A DNA stretch of 64,000 nucleotides from Arenicellales bacterium (GTDB lineage Bacteria; Pseudomonadota; Gammaproteobacteria; Arenicellales; Poriferihabitantaceae), in NCBI GenBank assembly GCA_965116335.1, contig OZ220677.1:784834-848833 (forward strand), written 5' to 3'. The position numbers and the translations under genes were made by a program. Under the pieces are notes generated by a model that saw only the letters and a program-made list of their open reading frames with translations, was not told the DNA's origin and did no database searches. Positions 20,800 through 31,369 of this stretch are shown here, in pieces (position 1 is the first letter of the stretch; each line of letters begins with the position of its first letter).

Positions 20800-21566
20800 G
20801 TGTTCTGGAGCATTTTTCATTAGCCGGGAAAACAGCGTTAGTCACAGGGTGTAAACGAGGTATCGGCAAGGCCATGGCGTGTGCCCTTGCAGAAGCGGGG
20901 GCGGACATTATCGGAGTCAGCGCGACATTGGAGAAAAACGGCAGTGAAGTCTCGCGGGCCGTATCGTCTCTCGGTCGCAGCTTTACGGGGTATGCCTGTG
21001 ATTTCAGTGACCGGACTGCGCTGCATGGCTTCCTCCTGGAACTACACGAAAACCATTCGACCATTGATATTCTCGTGAATAATGCTGGCACGATCATGCG
21101 AGCGCCTGCGATTGAACACTCTGATGAATACTGGGATACAGTAATTGAAGTAAACCTGAATGCCCAGTTCATTTTGTCCCGATCTATTGGTAAAAGAATG
21201 GTGGACCGAGGGTCCGGAAAAATAATATTCACGGCTTCCCTGCTTACCTTTCAAGGCGGAATTACTGTCCCCGGATACGCGGCCAGCAAGGGAGCTATCG
21301 GGCAGTTGACCAAAGCGCTCGCGAACGAATGGGCGGGAAAAGGCGTGAACGTAAATGCGATTGCGCCGGGCTACATAAAAACTGACAATACACAGGCGCT
21401 GCAGGATGATCCAGTCAGGAATCGGTCCATCCTGGAACGAATCCCCGCTTCCAGATGGGGCGAACCGGAAGACTTTGCCGGACCCGTTGTTTTTCTGGCA
21501 TCATCCGCCTCAAACTACATGCACGGTTCGATAATTACAGTTGACGGCGGATGGATGAGTCGTTAG
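20796..21566 (+). CDS. SDR oxidoreductase (KduD / 2-deoxy-D-gluconate 3-dehydrogenase-like)
   Basis: 256 aa with TGCKRGIGKA (TGxxxGIG), NNAG and YAASKGA (YxxxK). An ATGA overlap joins it to the upstream dehydrogenase gene. Confidence 0.85.
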   Translation: MSVLEHFSLAGKTALVTGCKRGIGKAMACALAEAGADIIGVSATLEKNGSEVSRAVSSLGRSFTGYACDFSDRTALHGFLLELHENHSTIDILVNNAGTIMRAPAIEHSDEYWDTVIEVNLNAQFILSRSIGKRMVDRGSGKIIFTASLLTFQGGITVPGYAASKGAIGQLTKALANEWAGKGVNVNAIAPGYIKTDNTQALQDDPVRNRSILERIPASRWGEPEDFAGPVVFLASSASNYMHGSIITVDGGWMSR

Positions 21567-21624
21567 TGAGGGCTGCTGGCGCTAAATCGTTGATGGTAAC
21601 CGTGTGTCACCAGGATAATTTCGA

Positions 21625-22278
21625 GTGAATTCTGTGATTGATATTGAATCCGTTCGGTCGCACCCACTGATCCCTGTAATCGAGATCGACAACGCAAAAT
21701 TCGCACAGCCGCTGGCTGAAGCTGTTTTGAAAGGCGGTATTTCCATTATCGAGATCGTACTGCGAACTCGCGAAGCCCCGCAAGCAATAGAAATAATTCG
21801 TAAGAATTACCCGGACTGCCTGGTCGGAGCGGGGACTGTGGTCACTCTGGGGGAAGCGGCAATGGCGTTAAATGCCGGCGCTCAATTTTGTGTCAGCCCG
21901 GGAATGGATACGAACATTGCGGATTACTTTCGAGACTGTAATGTTCCTTTTATTCCCGGAGTTATCACCCCATCGGAAATACAGACTGCCATGAATCACC
22001 ACTGCAAACTGTTGAAGTTTTTTCCGGCAAGCGCTGCTGGCGGAGCGCAATTTCTCAGGGCGATTACCATTCCATTTGCCAGATTCGATGTGCAGTTTTG
22101 TGCAACCGGCGGGGTGACACCGGAGAATATGAATCAATACCTTGAGATACCGGATGTTTGTTCGGTCGGAGGTACATGGTTCGCATCCGCAGAACAAATC
22201 AGGAATCAGGACTGGAAAGCTATAACCCGGCAGGCTTCGCTGGCTCGAGCTCGTCTTGCACGGAAACCGGGGCGTTAG
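21625..22278 (+). CDS. eda: 2-dehydro-3-deoxyphosphogluconate (KDPG) / 4-hydroxy-2-oxoglutarate aldolase
   Basis: 217 aa, GTG start. Eda-family blocks IPVIEID, IEIVLRT, GAGTV and KFFPA (Schiff-base lysine region). Confidence 0.85.
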   Translation: MNSVIDIESVRSHPLIPVIEIDNAKFAQPLAEAVLKGGISIIEIVLRTREAPQAIEIIRKNYPDCLVGAGTVVTLGEAAMALNAGAQFCVSPGMDTNIADYFRDCNVPFIPGVITPSEIQTAMNHHCKLLKFFPASAAGGAQFLRAITIPFARFDVQFCATGGVTPENMNQYLEIPDVCSVGGTWFASAEQIRNQDWKAITRQASLARARLARKPGR

Positions 22279-22281
22279 ACG

Positions 22282-23196
22282 ATGGCGGATATAGTTTGTT
22301 TGGGCGAACCGCTCATTGAGTTCAATCAAAAGGAACAAGGTAAAATCGTCAAGGGTTTCGGTGGAGACACTTCAAACTGTGCGATTTCAGCGGCCCGCCA
22401 AGGCGCAAATGTCGCTTATATCTCCCGTATCGGAAGTGACCGATTCGGAGACGACCTGATTGCGTTATGGGAAGAAGAAGGAATCGACACATCGCAAATC
22501 ACTCGGGATTCGACCGCTCCTACAGGAATATATTTTGTTTCGCATGATGAACAGGGCCACCACTTCTCATATTACCGAAAACACTCAGCCGCAACAAAAA
22601 TCAAACCACAGCATTTGTCACCCTCATATATCGCAGACGCGCAAATTCTCCACGTTTCAGCCATAAGCCAGGCGATCAGTTCATCCGCGGCGGACTCGGT
22701 ATTTGCCGCAATCGAGATCGCAAACAGCAATGGAACCAGACTTTCGTATGATACAAACCTGAGGTTGAACCTGTGGCCCGAGGAAAGAGCGCGGGCAATC
22801 GTACATGAAGCGATGAAACACTGTTATATTGCCCTGCCAAGCATTGAGGACGCGAAAGTTTTGTCAAAATTAGCCGACCCTGACCGGATTGTCGATTTTT
22901 ATCACGATCTGGGTGCTGAAATAGTGGTTCTGAAACTGGGTTGCGAAGGCGCTATTGTCTCTACCGATTCGAAACGAAAAAAAGTCGCTGGCATCCGGGT
23001 AAACAGTATCGACGCAAATGGCGCGGGGGATACTTTTGCGGGAGCCATACTGGCTGAACTGGTCAGAGGCCAGGACCCCTTTGAGGCGACTGCATACGCG
23101 AACATTGCAGCGGCGTTATCGACCTGCTCGGATGGCGCGGTAAATGCAATACCCGACCGCTCACAAACTGAAGCATTTATCCGTTCTGTCCACTAA
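22282..23196 (+). CDS. kdgK: 2-dehydro-3-deoxygluconokinase (PfkB family)
   Basis: 304 aa with PfkB signatures GGDTSN and DANGAGDTFAGA; lies directly downstream of eda. Confidence 0.85.
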   Translation: MADIVCLGEPLIEFNQKEQGKIVKGFGGDTSNCAISAARQGANVAYISRIGSDRFGDDLIALWEEEGIDTSQITRDSTAPTGIYFVSHDEQGHHFSYYRKHSAATKIKPQHLSPSYIADAQILHVSAISQAISSSAADSVFAAIEIANSNGTRLSYDTNLRLNLWPEERARAIVHEAMKHCYIALPSIEDAKVLSKLADPDRIVDFYHDLGAEIVVLKLGCEGAIVSTDSKRKKVAGIRVNSIDANGAGDTFAGAILAELVRGQDPFEATAYANIAAALSTCSDGAVNAIPDRSQTEAFIRSVH

Positions 23197-23582
23197 TATA
23201 CATCGAGACCCAGTAAATCAGCCATTGCATCAAAATCCCGATCACTATGCAGCAGCGTATGATCATTGCGAATACAAAATGTCGCTATCAAAACATCTAC
23301 AGTCTTTCTGACAGTAATACCCTGTTTACGTAGCTTCCTGTAATTTCCAGCACTGATAACGGCAATCTCCCGACCGATCATTTCAGCGCAAGCCAGTCGC
23401 ATGAGTGCACTTTCCGCTAATTGATAATCCTGGTCTTTCCGAAAGCCCTGAAGGATTTCTGTCAAGATCAAATCCCCCATTAAAATACGATGTGACGCTA
23501 AAAGTTTATCAAGAATATCCGTTTCACGGTTTTGTGCGCCATTGAAATAATTTATCCAGACTGATGTATCCGCAATAATCAC
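23193..23582 (-). CDS. vapC: type II toxin VapC (PIN domain)
   Basis: 129 aa with the PIN N-terminus MIIADTSVWINYF (acidic D5) and a C-terminal HSDRDFD. A 4-nt overlap joins it to the upstream antitoxin gene. Confidence 0.88.
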   Translation of the reverse strand: MIIADTSVWINYFNGAQNRETDILDKLLASHRILMGDLILTEILQGFRKDQDYQLAESALMRLACAEMIGREIAVISAGNYRKLRKQGITVRKTVDVLIATFCIRNDHTLLHSDRDFDAMADLLGLDVY

Positions 23583-23773
23583 TTGTCTGATCGCATCTGC
23601 TCCAGCGAACCTTCCCAGTGTAGCTTACCCCGAAGACTACGAAGCCCGGACTGTTGTTCGATCTGGATAAGTGTTTCCAACCCTTTCTCCACAGTCGCCT
23701 TCTTCGTCCTGGCACCACAGGCTTTCATTGCATGGGTCATCAGTTTATCGTCAATTTCTATATTTGTACGCAT
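23579..23773 (-). CDS. vapB: type II antitoxin VapB
   Basis: MRTNIEIDDKLMTHAMKA is the typical VapB N-terminus. Start set to ATG 23773, which has an AAGGAG RBS, rather than the ORF-track 23815. Confidence 0.8.
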   Translation of the reverse strand: MRTNIEIDDKLMTHAMKACGARTKKATVEKGLETLIQIEQQSGLRSLRGKLHWEGSLEQMRSDK

Positions 23774-23922
23774 ATTGGCTCCTTTATGTGTATAACTGCA
23801 AGATATTATACACATAAAACGGTCACTGATGACACGTCACACAGGGCACTTACGCAGGAACCATAACCCAGCCAATCGGGGCTCCTCCCGCATGATGACA
23901 CTAAAACATCATTTTGATCATA

Positions 23923-24144
23923 TCACCAACTATCCAGAACGTTGCTCCACTTGCCCGACAGTAATCGTAGGGGAGGGTCTCCGTGCCCTCTCGCTATTGT
24001 TGATATTCGTTCCGATATTTTACTGGCCGGTACGTAATATTTGCCTCCAGCGCGCGCAGAATCAAATTCCCGTCCATCCTTTCCGGAGGTTTGACAAACT
24101 GTCGCGGGGGTTTCCCAGATAGGGCAAACTTTATCGTCACGCAT
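23923..24144 (-). CDS. hypothetical small protein, probably truncated (C-terminus encoded by a REP-like repeat)
   Basis: 73-aa ORF MRDDKVCPIWETPA...DSARAGGKYYV. Its last residues (GHGDPPLRLL) are read from the repeat module at 23964..23990. No family recognised. Confidence 0.25.
   Translation of the reverse strand: MRDDKVCPIWETPATVCQTSGKDGREFDSARAGGKYYVPASKISERISTIARGHGDPPLRLLSGKWSNVLDSW
23964..23990. repeat. REP-like repeat family, single hairpin module (atcgtaggggagggtctccgtgccctc)
   Basis: It shares the CGTAGGGG + GC-hairpin module with the clusters at 33708, 35226 and 41024. Confidence 0.6.
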
Positions 24145-24226
24145 TTGTTATCCAATACTTTGATCATGTGATTGCTGGTATATATACACATACACACTAA
24201 CGGGCGGCCAAAATGACCGTTTGAAA

Positions 24227-24303
24227 TGGTGGGCCCGGTAGGACTTGAACCTACGACCAATGGATTATGAGTCCACTGCTCTAACCAACTGAGCTACAGG
24301 CCC
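24227..24303 (-). tRNA. tRNA with CAU anticodon (elongator Met or, more likely, lysidine-type tRNA-Ile2)
   Basis: The minus strand GGGCCTGTAGCTCAGTTGGTTAGAGCAGTGGACTCATAATCCATTGGTCGTAGGTTCAAGTCCTACCGGGCCCACCA folds as a cloverleaf (7-bp acceptor, D stem GCTC/GAGC, anticodon loop CTCATAA, T stem GTAGG/CCTAC). The C4-G and C5-G acceptor pairs, the TGGTC variable loop and the position after rpoD resemble E. coli ileX. Confidence 0.9.
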
Positions 24304-24369
24304 GTACAAATAAGGATATGTGGCGGCTCCGCCCCAAAATGCCGAAACACCTGGCCTGCCAATGAACCG

Positions 24370-26265
24370 TCAACTGTTTTCCAGAAAGCTTCTCAAATGC
24401 TCTGAACGACTCGGATGACGCAGCTTCCTGAGTGCCTTGGCTTCGATCTGCCGAATGCGCTCCCGGGTAACATCGAACTGCTTGCCGACTTCTTCCAGAG
24501 TATGATCCGTATTCATGCCTATGCCGAAACGCATTTGCAGCACTTTCGCCTCGCGCTCGGTCAGCAACTCCAGAATTCCTTCTGTTGCGTCTTTCAAGCC
24601 AGACGTAGTGGCAATATCAATCGGCGCCTTGATATTCTTGTCTTCAATAAAATCGCCAAGATGTGAATCTTCATCATCGCCCACCGGCATTTCCATCGAG
24701 ATCGGCTCCTTGGCAATTTTCAACACCTTGCGAACCTTGTCTTCGCTCAGTTCCATACGCTCAGCCAACTCACAGGGCAATGCCTCGCGTCCCTTTTCCT
24801 GGAGAATCTGGCGTGACACGCGATTGAGCTTGTTGATGGTTTCGATCATGTGTACCGGAATACGGATGGTCCTGGCCTGATCCGCGATGGAGCGGGTGAT
24901 GGCCTGGCGAATCCACCAGGTGGCATAGGTGGAGAATTTATAGCCGCGCCGATATTCGAACTTGTCAACAGCCTTCATTAAGCCGATATTGCCTTCCTGA
25001 ATCAAATCCAGGAATTGCAACCCACGGTTGGTATATTTCTTCGCAATCGAGATAACCAGCCGCAAGTTAGCCTCAACCATTTCTTTCTTGGCGCGCCGCG
25101 CCTTGGCTTCACCGATTGAAAGTTTCCGGCTCAGGTTTCTCAGATCCGACATTGCCAGCCCAGCCTTGCCCTGAACCTTGAACAGCCGATCCGTATAGAC
25201 TGAGACCCGCTCCCTGTGTTTCTCCAGCCGTGCCCGATCCTGGCGACTTTCCTCCACCAACTGGTCAAACCATTCCATGCTGGTTTCGTTACCGCGAAAA
25301 ACCTCCAGAAACCGCTTACGGGAAACCTTGCCATAGTTGACGCAATAATTGGCAATTCCGCGTTCACACTCCTTTACCTCGGTCATACATTCCCGTAACG
25401 TTGCGGCCAGAACGTCCAGCTTTACCGGCACGAATTTAATCTGCAACAACTCATCACCGAGTTTCTTGCGGTTTCGCAATGCCTGTTTGCTGCCCAGGCC
25501 ATGCGTCTCAATCGCCTTGTTCAGGAAATTCCAGGTCCGCCTCATTCTCTTGAAACGAGCGATCGCATCATCGAGATCAGGGCCGCTTGGCAAGCTTTCC
25601 GATTCCGCCGCATTCTGGCCGGGTTCTCCGGGAGTTGCTACGGTTTCATCGTCCAGCGCATTCAACTCCATAAAGTCGACGACCACATCCGACAACTTGA
25701 TTTCGCCAGATTCGATCTGATCGGCAAAATCCAGAAATTGCCGAATAGCCGCCGGAGTCAGCGCAATCGCGGACGTGCTCTCACGGTTACCGGCTTCAAT
25801 TCGTTTGGCAAGGGCAATTTCATCCTCGCGAGTCAATAACTCCACAGTTCCCATTTCCCGCATATACATACGCACCGGGTCGGTGGTTCTACCGAACTCA
25901 CTTTCAACAACGGTTTTCAGCGCGACACTGACTTCTTCTGCAACCTCCTGATCCTCGGGGTTGTCTCTTTTCAGTGTCATGATATCGACGTCCGGAGCCT
26001 TGTCCACTACCTCGATGCCCATGTCGTTGATCATGTTGACGACGACCTCGATCTGATCCGTGTCGTGCATGTTTTCCGGCAAATGATCGTTGATCTCGGC
26101 ATAAGTCAAAAAGCCCTGATCCTTGCCCTTGAGGACCAGCTTTTTAAGATCGGATTGGGATTCGGACGAAGCCTTTTGCTCAGAGACAAGCGTAAGAGCC
26201 GGGGGATCTTTGGCTTCCTGTCCGGGCTTCGGAGTGGCTTTGCTGGATTGACTGTCTTTACTCAT
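24370..26265 (-). CDS. rpoD: RNA polymerase sigma-70 factor RpoD
   Basis: Region 2 block [30 protein letters not shown] and region 4.2 block [30 protein letters not shown]. Start set to ATG 26265 (MSKDSQSS). Confidence 0.95.
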   Translation of the reverse strand: MSKDSQSSKATPKPGQEAKDPPALTLVSEQKASSESQSDLKKLVLKGKDQGFLTYAEINDHLPENMHDTDQIEVVVNMINDMGIEVVDKAPDVDIMTLKRDNPEDQEVAEEVSVALKTVVESEFGRTTDPVRMYMREMGTVELLTREDEIALAKRIEAGNRESTSAIALTPAAIRQFLDFADQIESGEIKLSDVVVDFMELNALDDETVATPGEPGQNAAESESLPSGPDLDDAIARFKRMRRTWNFLNKAIETHGLGSKQALRNRKKLGDELLQIKFVPVKLDVLAATLRECMTEVKECERGIANYCVNYGKVSRKRFLEVFRGNETSMEWFDQLVEESRQDRARLEKHRERVSVYTDRLFKVQGKAGLAMSDLRNLSRKLSIGEAKARRAKKEMVEANLRLVISIAKKYTNRGLQFLDLIQEGNIGLMKAVDKFEYRRGYKFSTYATWWIRQAITRSIADQARTIRIPVHMIETINKLNRVSRQILQEKGREALPCELAERMELSEDKVRKVLKIAKEPISMEMPVGDDEDSHLGDFIEDKNIKAPIDIATTSGLKDATEGILELLTEREAKVLQMRFGIGMNTDHTLEEVGKQFDVTRERIRQIEAKALRKLRHPSRSEHLRSFLENS

Positions 26266-26390
26266 TGATTTAAGCTTCCTCGGTTTGTAAAGCAACCGCA
26301 TATTGTAGTCTGGAATCAGGTGAAAAGCAATGAAAATGACCCGATCAGAGCGTCAATACTGCTGCCTGAACGGTCTCGCTCGCACAGTCA

Positions 26391-28172
26391 TCAACTCCGC
26401 GGATTACGGACTCTGGTTTTTAACAATCGGCTCAGTTCCGCCGATTCTTCAGAGGATAATTCCGCTTCTCGCGCCTTTTCCAGCAATTCCCGTCTACGAA
26501 GGTCATAATGCTCTTCGAGCAAATGGCTCAGGGTATCCGTGAACTGCCTCTCCAGCACATTCTCGTCAATCAGGTTGGAGCGCATCGCCAGTCTACCCAG
26601 ATAGTCATGCACCGGAGTCTCCCGGAAGAACTCCAGCAACCCGGCGGTAGTCAGATCAGGCTGGCTCCGGGCCCGCTCAATGATTTCTGTCAGGACATCT
26701 GCCCCGGGGATTTGCAGTTGCTTCAGTTCGTCCTGGGCTTCCACCGATTGTGCGAGCACAGGGTTTTGCAACAACAGGCTGACAGCGAGCGCCAGCGGAG
26801 ACACCTGTCCGTCCTGGATTTGCCCGGATTGCGGGTGCCCCCTGGATACCGATGCCCGCCTGCCGGTCGCTGCGGCTATTTCCGCGAACCGGCTGGTCGG
26901 CAAGCCGGTCAATGACGCGAGCTTGGAATTCATCATGTCCCGGAATACCCCGTCAGGCAACTGTTCAATCAACGGCAATACCTGGCTTACCAGAGAGGCC
27001 TTGCCATCCACTCGGCTCATGTCAACCCGCGAGGTCAGCGTATTGAACAGAAAATCAGATAACGACAGCGCATCGTCCACCCTTGCGATGAATGCTTCGG
27101 CCCCTTCGGCGCGCACTGCGGTATCCGGGTCTTCACCTTCGGGCAGAAACAGGAATCTGATCTGGCGTTCATCCCGTATTTCAGGAAGAGAAACCTCCAT
27201 CGCCTTCCAGGCCGCATCCCTGCCTGCGCGGTCACCGTCAAAACAAAACACAATTTCCGGCGCGAGACGGAACAGGCGTTGCAGGTGGGTACGGGTGGTC
27301 GCGGTTCCCAGAGTCGCTACCGCATTATTCACCCCGAACTGCGCCAGGCTGACAACATCCATGTACCCCTCTACCACAATACTCCTGTTCTTAATACCGA
27401 TCTCCCGGCGGGCACGATGCAAGCCGTAGAGCTCCGCGCCCTTGTGGAACAGCGGGGTTTCCGGGGAGTTCAGATATTTGGGGTTGCCATCACCCAATGC
27501 CCTGCCGCCAAAGCCTGCGACCTGGCCCTTATGGTCCTCAATCGGAAATATGATACGTCCGCGAAAGCGATCGTAGTATCGAGCTTTAGCACCATCCTCT
27601 TTTCTGGCGATCAGGCCGGCCTTCTGCAGATGCTCAAGCGACCGGGAGTTGATGCCCAGAACATCAACCAAGCCACTCCAGCTATCCGGTGCATAACCGA
27701 TGCCGAAGTCCGCGGCCACTTTGCCGTCCAGCCCTCTGGATTTCAGGTAGTCAACGGCCTGCCTGGCTTCGGGATGGGTGCGTAACTGTCCCTGGAACCA
27801 GTGGTTCGCCTGTTCAATGACTTCTCGTCGTTGGTCCGCGCCTTCTCCGGCAGGGTTTGACCGGACAGAGCCTCTATCCGGCAGTTCCATTCCAATTCCA
27901 TTGGCCAAGTCTTCGACCGCTTCAACAAATCCCAGATTGGCATAGTCCATCAGGAATCCGATCACGGTGCCATGAGCCCCACAACCGAAGCAATGATAGA
28001 ACTGTTTGACCGGGCTGACCGTAAATGACGGCGTTTTCTCCTCATGAAACGGACAACAGGCGATATATTCCCGACCTTTACGAGTCAGGGGTACTCGCCG
28101 GTCAATCACATCCACGATGTCTGTCCGGGCAATCAGGTCATCTATGAAGGATCTGGGAATATTGCCTGCCAT
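26391..28172 (-). CDS. dnaG: DNA primase DnaG
   Basis: 593 aa with zinc ribbon CCPFHEEKTPSFTVSPVKQFYHCFGCGAHG and TOPRIM block VVEGYMDVV; lies upstream of rpoD. Confidence 0.95.
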   Translation of the reverse strand: MAGNIPRSFIDDLIARTDIVDVIDRRVPLTRKGREYIACCPFHEEKTPSFTVSPVKQFYHCFGCGAHGTVIGFLMDYANLGFVEAVEDLANGIGMELPDRGSVRSNPAGEGADQRREVIEQANHWFQGQLRTHPEARQAVDYLKSRGLDGKVAADFGIGYAPDSWSGLVDVLGINSRSLEHLQKAGLIARKEDGAKARYYDRFRGRIIFPIEDHKGQVAGFGGRALGDGNPKYLNSPETPLFHKGAELYGLHRARREIGIKNRSIVVEGYMDVVSLAQFGVNNAVATLGTATTRTHLQRLFRLAPEIVFCFDGDRAGRDAAWKAMEVSLPEIRDERQIRFLFLPEGEDPDTAVRAEGAEAFIARVDDALSLSDFLFNTLTSRVDMSRVDGKASLVSQVLPLIEQLPDGVFRDMMNSKLASLTGLPTSRFAEIAAATGRRASVSRGHPQSGQIQDGQVSPLALAVSLLLQNPVLAQSVEAQDELKQLQIPGADVLTEIIERARSQPDLTTAGLLEFFRETPVHDYLGRLAMRSNLIDENVLERQFTDTLSHLLEEHYDLRRRELLEKAREAELSSEESAELSRLLKTRVRNPRS

Positions 28173-28290
28173 ATCCTGAATTGTACTGTAAACATCCGGG
28201 CAGCTTGCCAGGATTTGACCGGATTATGTACGCATAGCCGGTTAATCGGTTAAAATCCGTGCCCGTGAACAGCCCCCAAACCACGCCAAT

Positions 28291-30765
28291 ATGATCGACC
28301 CATACAATCCTGCCCAAATTGAGTCCGAGGCTCAGAAATACTGGGACGATAAACAAAGCTTTGCGGTGTCAGAAGATACAGACCGCGAGAAATACTACTG
28401 TCTTTCCATGCTGCCTTACCCTTCAGGGAAATTGCACATGGGGCATGTCCGTAATTATACCATTGGCGATGTGATCAGCCGTTACCAGCGTATGCTCGGC
28501 AAGAATGTATTGCAACCAATGGGTTGGGACGCATTCGGGTTGCCTGCGGAAAATGCCGCAATCGCAAACCGCACCCCCCCGGCGAAATGGACCAACGCCA
28601 ACATTGATTACATGAGGACCCAACTGAAACGCCTTGGCTTCGGCTATGACTGGAATCGTGAGCTGTCTACCTGCTCACCACAATACTATCGCTGGGAGCA
28701 ATGGTTCTTCAACAAACTGCTTGAGAAAAACCTGGCTTACAAGAAAATGGCGGTAGTCAACTGGGACCCGGTGGAACAGACAGTACTTGCCAACGAACAG
28801 GTCGAAAACGGGCGTGGCTGGCGCTCGGGAGCGATTGTAGAACGCCGGGAAGTCTCCCAATGGTTCATCCGCATTACCGCCTATGCCGAAGAATTATTGA
28901 ATGAAATTGACCATCTTGAAGGCTGGCCGGATGCGGTTCGCACCATGCAGCGCAACTGGATTGGCCGCTCCGAAGGGGTTGAGTTTTCATTCCGTGTCGA
29001 AGGTGGGGAGCCACTGGAAGTCTATACCACCCGACCCGACACAATCATGGGAATTACCTTTATTTCGGTGGCCGCGGAACACCCTCTGGCGCAATCTGCA
29101 GCCGCAAACAACCCGGACGTAGCCGCCTTCGTCGAATCCTGCAAGAACATCCAGGCTACGGAAAAGGAAATGGAAACCATGGAAAAGAAGGGCATTCCTC
29201 TCGGCATAACCGGGATTCACCCGATCAGTGGCGAGGAAATCGGCATCTGGGTAGCGAATTTTGTTTTGATGGAATACGGCACCGGTGCCATCATGGCGGT
29301 GCCCGCACATGATCAGAGAGACTGGGAGTTCGCTAAAAAACACGGCATCGAGGTAAGGCCGGTTATCCGCCCGGCGGACGGCAGCGAACATGATTTCAGT
29401 CAGTCCGCTCTGACCACGAAGGATGGGATCACATGCAATTCAGGAACATTCGACGGACTTGATTACAAGGCTGCCTGCGAGGCCGTTGCCGAATATCTTG
29501 AAACCCACGGCGTCGGCAGAAAAACTATAAACTACCGGCTGCGCGACTGGGGCGTATCACGCCAGCGATACTGGGGCTGCCCTATTCCGGTGGTATATGA
29601 CGATGCCGGGGAAGTATTTGCCGTAGCCGACGATGAGCTGCCGGTACTATTGCCCGAAGATGTCGAGTTCTGCGGAGTTCGGTCACCAATCCAGGATGAT
29701 CCGGATTTCTGCAACACCACACTGCCCGGTAGCAACCAGCCTGCGACACGCGAGACGGACACATTTGATACCTTCTTCGAGTCATCCTGGTATTACGCGC
29801 GCTATTGCTGCCCCGGCTCGGATCATGCCATGCTGGATGAACGAGCCAATTACTGGCTGCCCGTGGATCAGTATGTCGGCGGCATCGAACACGCCGTATT
29901 GCACCTGCTGTACGCGCGTTTCTTCCATAAACTGATGAGGGACGCTGGCCTGGTCGACAGTGACGAGCCTTTCACCAATCTGCTTTGCCAGGGGATGGTG
30001 CTGAAAGACGGCTCGAAGATGTCGAAATCGAAGAATAATACGGTCGACCCGCAGTCGATGATCGACAAGTATGGGGCGGACACAGTGCGGCTGTTCATGA
30101 TGTTCGCATCGCCCCCTGAACAACCGCTGGAATGGAATGACGACGCAGTGGCGGGTTCCTTCCGTTTCCTGAAGCGATGGTGGGCGCTGGTTCATCGCAA
30201 CAATGAGGCGGTGGCTAACGCCAGAGAATTATCGTCTGACCCGGGCCGGGCTAATGCAGACTGCACCGACCAGACAGCCAGGGAATTACGGCGAATCACC
30301 CATCAAATTTTAGGCAAGGCGGATCGAGACTACCAGAGAATCCACTACAATACAGTGGTTGCGGGAGCGATGGAACTGCTCAATTCGCTGGAACGGTTTG
30401 ACCCTGGTAAAAACCAGAATTGCCTGTTGGCTTTCCGGGAAAGCATGGTCATTCTGGGCAAAATTCTGGCTCCTGTTGTGCCGCATATTGCCCACCGGCT
30501 ATGGCATGTGATGGGCGAGGCCGGTGATGTACTGGATGCAGACTGGCCACAGGTGGATCAGCAGGCCCTGCAAAGCGATACGGTCAAATGGGTGATTCAG
30601 GTCAACGGCAAATTGAGAAGCGAAATTGAACTGGCCGCCGATTGCAGCGAGCCGGATATCCGCGCCAAGGCGGTCGCAGACCGAAAAATCCGCAATTTCA
30701 TTGGCAACGCCGAAGTCCGGAAAATCATTATCGTCCCCGCGAAGCTGATCAACATCGTAATTTAG
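28291..30765 (+). CDS. leuS: leucine--tRNA ligase
   Basis: 824 aa with class I motifs [13 protein letters not shown] (HIGH) and [10 protein letters not shown] (KMSKS). Confidence 0.96.
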   Translation: MIDPYNPAQIESEAQKYWDDKQSFAVSEDTDREKYYCLSMLPYPSGKLHMGHVRNYTIGDVISRYQRMLGKNVLQPMGWDAFGLPAENAAIANRTPPAKWTNANIDYMRTQLKRLGFGYDWNRELSTCSPQYYRWEQWFFNKLLEKNLAYKKMAVVNWDPVEQTVLANEQVENGRGWRSGAIVERREVSQWFIRITAYAEELLNEIDHLEGWPDAVRTMQRNWIGRSEGVEFSFRVEGGEPLEVYTTRPDTIMGITFISVAAEHPLAQSAAANNPDVAAFVESCKNIQATEKEMETMEKKGIPLGITGIHPISGEEIGIWVANFVLMEYGTGAIMAVPAHDQRDWEFAKKHGIEVRPVIRPADGSEHDFSQSALTTKDGITCNSGTFDGLDYKAACEAVAEYLETHGVGRKTINYRLRDWGVSRQRYWGCPIPVVYDDAGEVFAVADDELPVLLPEDVEFCGVRSPIQDDPDFCNTTLPGSNQPATRETDTFDTFFESSWYYARYCCPGSDHAMLDERANYWLPVDQYVGGIEHAVLHLLYARFFHKLMRDAGLVDSDEPFTNLLCQGMVLKDGSKMSKSKNNTVDPQSMIDKYGADTVRLFMMFASPPEQPLEWNDDAVAGSFRFLKRWWALVHRNNEAVANARELSSDPGRANADCTDQTARELRRITHQILGKADRDYQRIHYNTVVAGAMELLNSLERFDPGKNQNCLLAFRESMVILGKILAPVVPHIAHRLWHVMGEAGDVLDADWPQVDQQALQSDTVKWVIQVNGKLRSEIELAADCSEPDIRAKAVADRKIRNFIGNAEVRKIIIVPAKLINIVI

Positions 30766-30853
30766 TGGAAAATGCGCCGGATGTCCGCCCTGTTCAGGCA
30801 GGCCTTGTCTTATAATCACAGCAACTGAAAACCACCCGATTGAAGGACGCTCC

Positions 30854-31336
30854 ATGTCAAAACGCCTGTTTCTTGTATTGATTGGCCTGTCTTTTCTTTC
30901 CGGTTGCGGATTCAAACTACGCGGCAGTTTCCATCTGCCCCCACAACTGGCCGAAATATCCATCCAGGGTGGAGAACGGGAGCTGGTTGAACAACTCACC
31001 GGAATATTAACGGGCAACGGGGTTACTGTAGTCGCTAGCGATGCCAGCGCCAACGCGGCCATCCTGTCCCTGTCGCGGACTGAGTTCGTCCGGGAAACCA
31101 CCAGTACCGATGCGGCCGGTATTGCGACCGAGTTCGAATATAGCTGGCGGGTCGAATTCAGTGTAATGGATGCTAACGGAGAAACCCTGCTGTCCCAATC
31201 TTCGCTATCCGTGTTCAATACTCTCGAATACGACCCCGAAGACGAACTCGAATTCGAGGAAGAAGAAGCATTCCTGGAAGAGGAGATGACCAGAGATGTC
31301 GCTCTGCAAATCATGCGGGAACTTACCCGCCTGTAG
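30854..31336 (+). CDS. lptE: LPS-assembly lipoprotein LptE
   Basis: 160 aa with the lipobox LSFLSGCGF; conserved position between leuS and holA. Confidence 0.85.
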   Translation: MSKRLFLVLIGLSFLSGCGFKLRGSFHLPPQLAEISIQGGERELVEQLTGILTGNGVTVVASDASANAAILSLSRTEFVRETTSTDAAGIATEFEYSWRVEFSVMDANGETLLSQSSLSVFNTLEYDPEDELEFEEEEAFLEEEMTRDVALQIMRELTRL

Positions 31337-31369
31337 ATTACAACCCCTCGCAACTCCTGAAACTTGACA

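Noticed and set aside
19807-20820. 337-aa minus-strand ORF covering almost the whole alcohol dehydrogenase gene
   Set aside because: It is a shadow ORF antisense to a gene with clear MDR motifs (CGLCGTDLH, GHEMSG, GGGPIG). Its own translation is low-complexity, with no recognisable motifs.
26680-27429. 249-aa plus-strand ORF inside dnaG, with similar antisense ORFs 42641..43381 in prfC and 37862..38350 in the HDAC gene
   Set aside because: These are shadow ORFs antisense to conserved genes.
28172-28291. Expected rpsU upstream of dnaG (classical rpsU-dnaG-rpoD operon)
   Set aside because: Only 118 bp separate the dnaG start from the divergent leuS start and no S21-like frame is present. rpsU must lie elsewhere.
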